Of a DNA stretch of 64,000 nt, positions 45,258-53,849 are shown in pieces (positions within the stretch are counted from its first letter, which is position 1; each line of letters opens with the position of its first letter). Source of the DNA: Dehalococcoidia bacterium. Its GTDB lineage: Bacteria; Chloroflexota; Dehalococcoidia; Lucifugimonadales; UBA2985. Made by a program: the position numbers and the translations under genes. The stretch is from contig OZ252018.1 in NCBI GenBank assembly GCA_965247535.1, positions 1,909,540 to 1,973,539 on the forward strand. The letters are read 5' to 3'. The notes beneath the pieces were generated by a model. It saw only the letters and a list, made by a program, of their open reading frames with translations, made no database searches and had not been told where the DNA came from.

Positions 45258-45345
45258 ATTGCGCCCGACCGGCCTGTCCGGGCTGCAGGCGCCCGGCGCA
45301 TCGATCGGCGAAAGGGCCCCGTAGCAGGTTGCGGGCCCGCGAGAG

Positions 45346-47583
45346 CTAGACCGAGGACGACTCCTCCAAATCTCCGCCTTCGCCGCTGTCCTCTTGGTCG
45401 GCGCCATTATCGTCGTCACCTTCGTCCTGAGCGTCGTCGCCATCTTCCGTCTTTGCAGGCATCACATAGGGTAAGGCTACCGTCATCTCGGTGAACTGGC
45501 CCGGCTCCGACTCCACACTGATGCTGCCTCCGTGCTGACGCACGATATCATTCGATATCGCCAAGCCCAGGCCCGTACCCTGGTTCGTCGGCTTGGTGGT
45601 GAAGAACGGGTTGAATATCTTGTCCACTACGTCCGGCGGGATGCCGCTCCCGTTGTCCCTTATACGTACGTGGACCATATCGCCCTCCCGGCTCGTGGAG
45701 AGCGTCAACGTCGGAATATAGTCAAAGGTGCCGTTGCCTGCCGCTAAGGAGGCGCGTCTCCTCTGGTCAGTTGCGTGGCAGGCGTTGCTCACGATGTTGA
45801 GGAACACGCGGCCAAGGTCCTGGGGGATGGCCTCTATCTCCCCAATTTCCTCTTCCAGGTCTCGTTCAATGGTGAGCTGGAAGTCCGCGTCCGTGGCGCG
45901 GGCGCTGTGGTACGCCAGCGTGGCGAACTCGTTGAGCAGATTGTTGATGTTGGTGGGCTGGTGCTCTCCGCTGCCGCGTCCCATCTGGAGCATGTCGTTG
46001 ACAATGCGATTGGCGCGGTCTCCGTGGCTCCGTATGCGTACCAGATTGCCGTTCAGGTCGTCTGATATCTCCTGAATGTAGCTCCGGTCCTCCGGCCCCA
46101 TTTCGCCGCCCTTCTCCAGCACCTCCCTCAACTCTTCCAGGAGCTCGCCCGACACCTCCGAGAAGTTGTTGATGAAGTTGAGTGGGTTCCTGATCTCGTG
46201 GGCCACGCCTGCGGTCAGCTCACCAAGCGCAGCCAGCTTCTCACGCATGACTATCTGGTCCTGGGCAACCTTGAGGTCTGCCAGAACGCTCTCCAGCTCT
46301 TCGTTCTTGCCCTGCAGCTCTTCTGCCAGCCTCTCCACCAGGTTCAACCGCTGAACCTCCAACGCGTGCTGTCGGAAGATCTCCAGGGCCGCCGCCATGT
46401 CGGCGACCTCGTCCTTGCCGCTGATCTCAACCTTTGTCTCCAGATCACCCCTGGCCATGCTGCGCATCCGGTTGGAGAGGAGCTGCAAACGGCTGAGCAA
46501 GACGCGTCCGACGTATTGCCAGGCCAGCAGCAAAGCGCCGCTAACGGCCACGGCACCGATGGCCAGCAGCAAAATGCGGCCCCTGAAGATGGCCTGCGTG
46601 GATGCCTCACTTGCCTCCTGTACGTTGGCGTTGGCAGAGTTGACCAGGCCGTCCACTTCATCCACCAGCACGATGGCGAGGTCACTGTTGGCGTCGAGAA
46701 GCTCCTGCTGCCGCTCCAGTATGCCGAGCTCTCTAGCGCGCAGTTCGAATCCGTTGGCCTCGCCCATGCCCAGCTCAAATAGCGAGGCGAAGAATTCGTC
46801 CAGCTGGTCGTGAAGCATAGGGTCCCGTATGTCGTCCAGTCGCCTCTTGATTCGAGCGGCGACGGTCTCGAATCGCTCAAGGAGCGGCTCAATGAGCGCC
46901 TGCTCGGAGACGCTGAATGCGCTCACCAGCAGCTGCACGGCTATGTTGACCTCCGCCTGAATCTCGGAAAGGTTGCGATAGAGGGTCACCTGGTTGTCGG
47001 AGAAATAGAGCTCCGGGTCATCCCGTGGCTGGTCAAGCCTGCGGAAACCTGTGATGGTGTAGAAATACTGGTCATCCACTGCCGGAACAACCGTGGCGTC
47101 CAGCCGCGTGTTGACAGTGGTCAGCTGGTCCCTGAGATCCTGAACGTCCGCAGCAGCTGCGAAGAGCTCCTCCATGGAAACCTCAATCTGCTCAATGTTG
47201 CTGACCAGAGCATTGGAGCGCTCTCGTATCGGCTCAACCCTCTCCCGGCTGGTGCCGCTCTGCTCCAGTGAAGCAATCTCACTTTCGAGAGCCATGTATG
47301 CGTTAGCGATCAGCAGCTCCACCACGGCCAGGTCGCTGAAGTTGACCGCGGAGACCAGCCTTGGTGCGGCCGTGACCAGCGAGTTGCTGTGCTGCGCAAT
47401 GCGGAAAGCGGCCTCCAGCTCCGGGACGCTGCCATCGGTAACGCGGGTCTGGACCTCGCCGACCCGGCTGAAGGAGAACCAGCCCACCAGACTGGCAGCA
47501 ACCGTGAGGGCAACTGCGCCTCCAAGCACCACGTAAAGCTGCGTGGAGATCAGGAAACGGAGAGCAAGCAGCCTGCCCATCAT
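45346..47583 (-). CDS. Sensor histidine kinase (TM - ~300-aa extracytoplasmic domain - TM - HAMP - HisKA - HATPase_c)
   Basis: 745 aa. H-box LTAGVAHEIRNPLNFI, N-box NIVSNACHA, G-boxes IRDNGSGIP / GTGLGLAIS. Acidic C-terminal tail. Start overlaps the binding-protein stop (ATGA at 47580-47583). Confidence 0.9.
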   Translation of the reverse strand: MMGRLLALRFLISTQLYVVLGGAVALTVAASLVGWFSFSRVGEVQTRVTDGSVPELEAAFRIAQHSNSLVTAAPRLVSAVNFSDLAVVELLIANAYMALESEIASLEQSGTSRERVEPIRERSNALVSNIEQIEVSMEELFAAAADVQDLRDQLTTVNTRLDATVVPAVDDQYFYTITGFRRLDQPRDDPELYFSDNQVTLYRNLSEIQAEVNIAVQLLVSAFSVSEQALIEPLLERFETVAARIKRRLDDIRDPMLHDQLDEFFASLFELGMGEANGFELRARELGILERQQELLDANSDLAIVLVDEVDGLVNSANANVQEASEASTQAIFRGRILLLAIGAVAVSGALLLAWQYVGRVLLSRLQLLSNRMRSMARGDLETKVEISGKDEVADMAAALEIFRQHALEVQRLNLVERLAEELQGKNEELESVLADLKVAQDQIVMREKLAALGELTAGVAHEIRNPLNFINNFSEVSGELLEELREVLEKGGEMGPEDRSYIQEISDDLNGNLVRIRSHGDRANRIVNDMLQMGRGSGEHQPTNINNLLNEFATLAYHSARATDADFQLTIERDLEEEIGEIEAIPQDLGRVFLNIVSNACHATDQRRRASLAAGNGTFDYIPTLTLSTSREGDMVHVRIRDNGSGIPPDVVDKIFNPFFTTKPTNQGTGLGLAISNDIVRQHGGSISVESEPGQFTEMTVALPYVMPAKTEDGDDAQDEGDDDNGADQEDSGEGGDLEESSSV

Positions 47584-48860
47584 GGCACAGGATCCCCCAG
47601 CGAAGAGGCTGCGTGAACGCCGCCGTCCTGCCCTATGACGGTTAGGAACACGGAGTCGGAGCCCTGGTTGTCGCCCCGCCCGTAGCGAAGGCTGAATCCG
47701 TCAATGTCTATCTCCCCGGCGTTCCGTATTGCGTCGAGGAAGCACTCGCGGCTCACCTCCGCCCCACAGAGCTCGAGCCCGGCGATTGCCAGGCGTCCCG
47801 CCAGGTAACCCTCCAGCGATACGAAACCGGGAACGGCGTCGGGATCGTACGCGGCCAACGCATCCAGGTATGACGCAACGATGGGGAGGGAGTCGTCCGT
47901 TGGGAAGGGCACCACCTGCGTTACGAATACGCCCACGCCGTCCTCGCCAAGCTCTTGCGCAAGGGCGTTGCTTCCCACGAAGGATACGTTCAGGAATACG
48001 GACTTCATCCCGATGCGCAGGGCCCACGACACCGCTCTTGCGACCGGCTCGTAAGCCCCTATCATTATGACCGCCTCCGGATCTCCCCGCTGCAGGTCCA
48101 GCACCGCCGTCTTGACCGCGGTGGTGTTCCGCGGGTACACCCCAATGGACACGGGCTCCATGCCTCGCCTCTCCAGGGCAAGCAACACGCCCTGATACCC
48201 CGCGCGTCCGTACGAGTCGTCCTGGTGCAGGACAGCGATCCTGGTGTAACCAAGCTCGCTTGTGAGCCGCGCCACCATCTCCTCGGTCTCCTGATAGTAC
48301 GATGCTCGCAGGTTGATCACGTTGTCCAGGTCTGCGCCCCGAAGGAACTCGGCGCCGGTAAAGGGGGCGATGTACGGCACGCCGGCGGACTTGGCGATGG
48401 GAGTTGCGGAGCGAGATGTGGGAGTGCCAACGGCCCCTATCAGCGCGAATACCTCCTCAGCCTCGATCAGGTGGAGGGTTCTTTCAATGGCCAGCTCCGG
48501 CTCATAGGTGTCGTCAAGCGATACGAGATCAATTCGCCTTCCGTGGACGCCGCCGGTCTCGTTTGCTTCCTGAAATGCGGCACGTATTCCGAGCCTCATG
48601 CCTCTGCCAAGCTCCTGCGCCGGGCCCGTGAAGGCGGCCGACTGCCCGAAAAGCACCGCGTCGTCCGTTATGCCGGGCGTCTCCGTCGCAGAGATGACTA
48701 CGGGCGGTGTGGGCGTGGAGGTACTGCCACCGGTGGGTGTGGATTCCGAGCCATTACAAGCCGCCACGGCCACGCAGGCCAGGATGGCAAGAGCCTTCCA
48801 GGCCGTCCTCCACCCGGATACCAACGCGGCCGACAGCGTTCCGTGTTCCATTAGCTCCAA
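47580..48860 (-). CDS. Type-1 periplasmic binding protein (LivK/amide-receptor-like) lipoprotein
   Basis: 426 aa. Signal peptide plus lipobox (CVAVAAC). FGQSAAFTGPAQELGRGMRLGIRAAFQEANETGGVHGRRIDLVSLDD... Confidence 0.8.
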   Translation of the reverse strand: MELMEHGTLSAALVSGWRTAWKALAILACVAVAACNGSESTPTGGSTSTPTPPVVISATETPGITDDAVLFGQSAAFTGPAQELGRGMRLGIRAAFQEANETGGVHGRRIDLVSLDDTYEPELAIERTLHLIEAEEVFALIGAVGTPTSRSATPIAKSAGVPYIAPFTGAEFLRGADLDNVINLRASYYQETEEMVARLTSELGYTRIAVLHQDDSYGRAGYQGVLLALERRGMEPVSIGVYPRNTTAVKTAVLDLQRGDPEAVIMIGAYEPVARAVSWALRIGMKSVFLNVSFVGSNALAQELGEDGVGVFVTQVVPFPTDDSLPIVASYLDALAAYDPDAVPGFVSLEGYLAGRLAIAGLELCGAEVSRECFLDAIRNAGEIDIDGFSLRYGRGDNQGSDSVFLTVIGQDGGVHAASSLGDPVP

Positions 48861-49151
48861 GTGCGTAACTGTGTCGGGCTACTGCTCTTCCGCGCCCAGT
48901 CGCCTGCCGATCTCCTCTCAAGAGGCCGTACAGGATTTTGGGCGTTAGGATACAACAATTCGCATTCCTAGGGCAACGCCCACGGCTGCATCTGGCGCTA
49001 CCCTGCCCAGAGCGCGCCCAGCTACGACCACAACCCTGCGTCCCCTTGTGGCGCATGATGCTACGGTGTATCCTTCCACTGACCGCGCAGCTTCCAGCGA
49101 GGGCTGCGCGGCCCGCGAGAAAGAACGTACTCCGGGCGGAGCCCGCATACG

Positions 49152-50786
49152 ATGAAACCAGTCATGAGCAGGCAGGAAGATGTTCTGGGTCCGGTCGTTG
49201 CGACGACGAGGGACTGGGAGCTTCCTGACCTCCGGGCCCTCGAGTCAGCGTCCGTCACCGACCGCAGCGCGCGTCCGCCCACGGCGGTCATAGACATCGG
49301 CTCCGGTTCCGCCCGCGCAGTGGTGGTACAGGTCAACAGCGGTGGCGTGGAAATCCTGGCGCAGGAGCGCTTGGTCCTCAATCTCATGAGCCACGTGGAT
49401 GAGCACGGTGCCCTGGACGATGAGGGCGTGGACGGCACCCTGGACGCCATTGAAGACTTCGTAGAGGTGTGCCGGGGATACGGCGTCACCACGCTCCACG
49501 CGGTGGGCACGGAGGCGCTGCGCGCCTCGCGCAACGCAAAGCACATAACGCGGGAGGCCCACCGCCGCTACGGCGTCGAGCTGCACGTCATCAGTGGCTA
49601 CGAGGAGGCCGGCTACTGCTTCATCGGGGCCGTCCAGGGCCTGCCCGTAACTCAAGGCCTGCTGGCAGACCTCGGCGGGGGCAGCATGGAGGTCGTGAGC
49701 TTTGCGGACCGGCGCATGGAGAATCGGGACACCCTGCCTCTTGGCAGCCTGCGAATTGCCAACGCCTTCCGGCTTGCGGACCGACCCAGAGCCGAGGACC
49801 TGGCCTCCGCATACGATTACTCCATGCGGCTTCTGTCCGAGTCCTCGCTCTCCACCCTGGCGCCAGACGACATCTTGGTGGGATCGGGAGGTTCATTTCG
49901 CCTGCTCTGCAAGCTGGACAGGCAGCGCAGGCCATACCCCATGCGCACCCTGCACGGCTACCGCATGGACGCGGACGGGCTGTCCCGTCTGCTCGACGAG
50001 CTGGCCTCGTGCGACTTTGAAGAGCGCGCACTCATAGCGGGCATGAACCCGGAGCGCACCCACTCGATCGTGGGCGGAGCCGTGGTTGCCCAGGCGCTGC
50101 TGCAGCACACCGGAGCGGGCGGCATAATGCTGTCCGGCCAGGGCCTGCGAGAGGGACTGGCCCAGCAGCCTGAACCTCTGCCTGAGAACGGGGGCGTTTC
50201 ACTCACGTCGATAGCAGACGTGCGATGGGGCACGCTGAAGGACATGATGGACAGGTTCGCGCCACGGTACACCCTTCGTGGGCCTCGCCGCGCAGCGCTG
50301 GCGCGCCGGATCGGCCGCGCCGTGTGGGAAGGAAAGCGCAGGCATCTGACCGCGCTGGTGGAGTGTGCCGCCCTGATCCTGGACATCGGCAGCGCCGTGG
50401 ACTACTACAACCGGCTCAACCGCGCCGCCTCCATCCTTTCCTGGACGGACATGCCGGGCTTCACCCACCGCGAGTCGGCGATGCTGGCCGCCATGCTGCT
50501 GCTGGCTGAAGGCGACAGGCTGCCCAAGCGGTTCCGCAAGTCGCAGCTTCTCACCGGCCGAGATCGCCGCCGCCTGCGGCAGGGCGCGCTCGTGCTGCTG
50601 CTGGCGGACGAGCTAGAGCGGCGGCTCCCTCCACAAACCGCAGTGGAATCTGTTACCATTACTCCGGGCGGCGGTGGTCTTGCCGTCACCACGCCCGCAT
50701 GGGCTGAGGCCACGGCCACGGCCCTGAAGGTTCGCTGGGAGAGCGAGTTCGGTCACCCCATTCTGATTGGTCGAGGTGAGCAATGA
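49152..50786 (+). CDS. ppx: Exopolyphosphatase / guanosine pentaphosphate phosphohydrolase (Ppx/GppA family)
   Basis: 544 aa. ASKHA-fold motifs AVIDIGSGSARAVVV, ADLGGGSMEV. A C-terminal helical domain is present. Confidence 0.85.
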   Translation: MKPVMSRQEDVLGPVVATTRDWELPDLRALESASVTDRSARPPTAVIDIGSGSARAVVVQVNSGGVEILAQERLVLNLMSHVDEHGALDDEGVDGTLDAIEDFVEVCRGYGVTTLHAVGTEALRASRNAKHITREAHRRYGVELHVISGYEEAGYCFIGAVQGLPVTQGLLADLGGGSMEVVSFADRRMENRDTLPLGSLRIANAFRLADRPRAEDLASAYDYSMRLLSESSLSTLAPDDILVGSGGSFRLLCKLDRQRRPYPMRTLHGYRMDADGLSRLLDELASCDFEERALIAGMNPERTHSIVGGAVVAQALLQHTGAGGIMLSGQGLREGLAQQPEPLPENGGVSLTSIADVRWGTLKDMMDRFAPRYTLRGPRRAALARRIGRAVWEGKRRHLTALVECAALILDIGSAVDYYNRLNRAASILSWTDMPGFTHRESAMLAAMLLLAEGDRLPKRFRKSQLLTGRDRRRLRQGALVLLLADELERRLPPQTAVESVTITPGGGGLAVTTPAWAEATATALKVRWESEFGHPILIGRGEQ

Positions 50787-51607
50787 CGAACAACGGCAAC
50801 ACAAGCTTCCCAATGGGCGCCCGCTACGGCAACCACCCGTACGATGACGCCTACCCCGGCCGTCTCATCATCGTGGAGGGAATCGACGGCTCCGGCAAGA
50901 GCACGCAGATAGACCTGCTGGCCAAGTGGCTGACCAACCTGGGGTACGTCACCGTCTTCACCGAGTGGAACTCCTCCCCAATTGTGAAGCGGACCACGCG
51001 GCGGGGCAAGGAGATGCGCCTCCTCACGCCCATGTCATTCAGCCTGATCCACGCCGCCGACTTTGCCAACCGGGTGGTCACGCAGATACTGCCCGCGCTC
51101 AAGTCCGGCACCATTGTCCTGGCGGACCGCTACGTTTACACCGCGTTTGCGCGGGACGGTGCACGCGGCGTCAACAAGGACTGGCTGCGGCGCCTGTACG
51201 CATTCGCCATCCGGCCCTCGCTTGCGCTCTACTTCAGGGTGCCTCTGGACGAGTCAATTCGGCGCATAGTCACCGGCCGCGCAGAGCTGGGATTCTACGA
51301 GTCGGGCCAGGACGTCAAGCCCAACTCCCGCAGGGAATCCGCCTTCCGGGATTTTCAGGGCTCTATACTGGAGGAGTACGATAAACTCACGGAAGAGTTC
51401 GGCCTGGTGACCATCGACGCCACTCTGCCCATTCACGACCAGCAACGGATGGTCCGGGATCTGGTGGAACCCATGCTTCCCGGCGTCATGCAGCTGCGAG
51501 GCCAGGACGTCGCGGAGGTTCTCAGCACCTCAGGCCTCACCGGGCGCTACATCACCAAATCCGGTTCGCGCCGCGTGCCCGAGCTCCTCGCCGCTCCTGA
51601 CGGCTAA
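50783..51607 (+). CDS. Thymidylate-kinase-like P-loop kinase, paralog 1
   Basis: 274 aa. LIIVEGIDGSGKSTQIDLL (Walker A), LADRYVYTAFA (DRY). ATG overlaps the ppx TGA (ATGA). Lacks the usual REPGGT segment. Confidence 0.7.
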   Translation: MTNNGNTSFPMGARYGNHPYDDAYPGRLIIVEGIDGSGKSTQIDLLAKWLTNLGYVTVFTEWNSSPIVKRTTRRGKEMRLLTPMSFSLIHAADFANRVVTQILPALKSGTIVLADRYVYTAFARDGARGVNKDWLRRLYAFAIRPSLALYFRVPLDESIRRIVTGRAELGFYESGQDVKPNSRRESAFRDFQGSILEEYDKLTEEFGLVTIDATLPIHDQQRMVRDLVEPMLPGVMQLRGQDVAEVLSTSGLTGRYITKSGSRRVPELLAAPDG

Positions 51608-51637
51608 TCTCCTACCACGCGAAAAGGAGTAGGCCCC

Positions 51638-52327
51638 ATGAACACGCCCGAGTTCTACGGACACATACCCCTGGACCTGGGGGAGTTTAATATGCCCGGC
51701 CACCTCATCGTCATCGAGGGGACGGACGGAGTGGGACGTTCTACGCAGATAGCCCTGCTCAAGGAGTGGCTGGAGACCCAGGGCTACGCCGTGATGGACA
51801 CCGGATTCCGCCGTTCGGACCTGACCGGGGACGGCATCGACCGGGCCATGCGCGGCCACATTCTCGACAAGTTTACGCTCAACCTCTTCTATGCCACCGA
51901 CTTCTGGGACCGCATGGAGAAGGGCATTGTGCCCGCACTACGCGCCGGTATGGTGGTGCTGGCAGACCGCTACATCTACACCATCATGGCCCGGGCGAGG
52001 GTCCGGGGCGTGCCCGCCCAGTGGCTGGACGACATGCTGGAGTTCGCGATCATCCCGACCAAGGTGTTCTACCTGGACATTGACGTGGAGAACCTGCTGA
52101 CCCGCGTGCTCGCCAACCGCGAGCTGGACCACTGGGAGTCCGGCGAGGACTTCCTGCGGGAGGCTGACCGGCACGACAGCTTCGTGAAGTACCAGAACGC
52201 CATGCTGGAGGAGTTCCAGAGCCTCGCCGCCCAGTACAACTTCGAGAGGGTGGACGCCCGTCAGAGCGTGCGAGAGGTGTTCGAGACGCTGCAGGAGGGC
52301 ATTCGCGCCGCCATAGAGGGCGAGTAG
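51638..52327 (+). CDS. Thymidylate-kinase-like P-loop kinase, paralog 2 (Walker A Lys replaced by Arg)
   Basis: 229 aa. LIVIEGTDGVGRSTQIALL, LADRYIYTIMA. AAAGGAG SD, 30 nt after paralog 1. Confidence 0.7.
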   Translation: MNTPEFYGHIPLDLGEFNMPGHLIVIEGTDGVGRSTQIALLKEWLETQGYAVMDTGFRRSDLTGDGIDRAMRGHILDKFTLNLFYATDFWDRMEKGIVPALRAGMVVLADRYIYTIMARARVRGVPAQWLDDMLEFAIIPTKVFYLDIDVENLLTRVLANRELDHWESGEDFLREADRHDSFVKYQNAMLEEFQSLAAQYNFERVDARQSVREVFETLQEGIRAAIEGE

Positions 52328-52516
52328 CTGCACCGCACTCGCCGCTCCCTGCGATAGCAGCGGTGGTCGGAGCGGCTGCAGTGCAGCGAAGCGCCGTCTA
52401 CCGTTTGGGATGGCCAAAGGTCAGTGTCAGCTCCATAGCAGTCGCCCTTTCATAGGCCATTGCGCATGAAAGCGCGCCACGATCCGGGCCTACACACCGG
52501 CACAAGGGACCAATAA

Positions 52517-53719
52517 ATGCAAGAAGACTCTCCACGCGGCTCCTTCCCGGAGGTGCTGCTGGCCTTCCTCCGTCTCGGCCTGACGTCGTTCGGCGGGCCG
52601 GTGGCGCACCTGGGCTACTTCCGGCAGGAGTTCGTGGAGCGTCGTAAGTGGCTCGACGAGACCACGTACTCAGACATCGTGGCGCTCTGCCAGTTCCTTC
52701 CCGGCCCGGCCAGCAGCCAGGTGGGCATCTCCCTGGGCATACGAAGGGCGGGCCTGCCCGGCGGTCTGGCGGCGTGGCTCGGATTCACGCTGCCGTCGGC
52801 CGCCGCCCTGATCCTGTTCGCGTACGGCGTCACGGCGATCGGAGACGTGGCCGAGTCCGGCTGGCTGCGCGGCCTTAAGATCGCGGCCGTGGCCGTTGTC
52901 GCACTTGCGCTGTGGGGCATGGCCCGCAATCTGGCTCCTGACAAGCCCAGGGCTACGCTTGCCATCGCCGCTGCGATAGCCATGCTTGCCTGGCCGACTG
53001 CGCTGGGGCAGGTCATCGCCATCGCCGTTGCGGGGGCGATTGGCTGGCGCCTGCTGCGAGAGGACCGCGCCGATGCGGGGCCTGCGCAGCGGTTTCCCGT
53101 GGGGCGCGGCGTGGCCGTAGCGTCGCTGGCCCTGTTCTTTGCACTGCTCATCGGACTCCCCGCGCTCACGCAGGCTTTCCCCGACGAAAGGCTGGAGATA
53201 TTCGATAGCTTCTACCGCGCCGGCTCCCTCGTGTTCGGAGGGGGCCACGTGGTACTGCCACTGCTGCAGACGCAGGTGGTGCCGACGGGATGGGTGGGCA
53301 ACGAGGAGTTCATCGCGGGCTACGGAGCTGCTCAGGCAGTACCGGGCCCGCTCTTCACGTTCTCAGCCTATCTTGGCGCTATTGCCTACCAGGACAAGAC
53401 CGCATGGCTGGGCGGACTGTTCACGCTTGCGGCCATCTTCCTGCCATCGTTCCTGCTGGTGATAGGCGTCATGCCCTTCTGGGACCGGCTGCGAAGCCAG
53501 AGCGGCTTCCGCGGCGCAAGCCGTGGCATCGGGGCGGCGGTTGTGGGTCTGCTGGTCGCGGCCCTCTACAATCCCGTCTGGACGAGCGCTATCCACACGC
53601 GCGAAGACTTCGGGCTTGCGCTTGCCGCGTTCGGGATGCTTGCGTTCTGGAGGGTGCCGCCATGGCTGGTGGTCGCGCTGTCCGCCGCGGGCGGCCAGGC
53701 GCTTTCCGTCCTCACGTAG
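52517..53719 (+). CDS. chrA: Chromate ion transporter (CHR family, fused two-domain form)
   Basis: 400 aa. FLRLGLTSFGGPVAHLGYFRQEFVERRKWLDE and a second repeat FYRAGSLVFGGGHVVLPLL. Confidence 0.9.
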   Translation: MQEDSPRGSFPEVLLAFLRLGLTSFGGPVAHLGYFRQEFVERRKWLDETTYSDIVALCQFLPGPASSQVGISLGIRRAGLPGGLAAWLGFTLPSAAALILFAYGVTAIGDVAESGWLRGLKIAAVAVVALALWGMARNLAPDKPRATLAIAAAIAMLAWPTALGQVIAIAVAGAIGWRLLREDRADAGPAQRFPVGRGVAVASLALFFALLIGLPALTQAFPDERLEIFDSFYRAGSLVFGGGHVVLPLLQTQVVPTGWVGNEEFIAGYGAAQAVPGPLFTFSAYLGAIAYQDKTAWLGGLFTLAAIFLPSFLLVIGVMPFWDRLRSQSGFRGASRGIGAAVVGLLVAALYNPVWTSAIHTREDFGLALAAFGMLAFWRVPPWLVVALSAAGGQALSVLT

Positions 53720-53849
53720 CACCCGAGACGCAGCCTCCCGCGTGCGTTACCCTCCTTTCTGCTATACTTCCCCATCATGCCTGTCCGCGGGACGGTCTGT
53801 GAACGGCGCCGGCGGATGAATACCGCGCCCGAGTTGGTGGCATAAGAAC

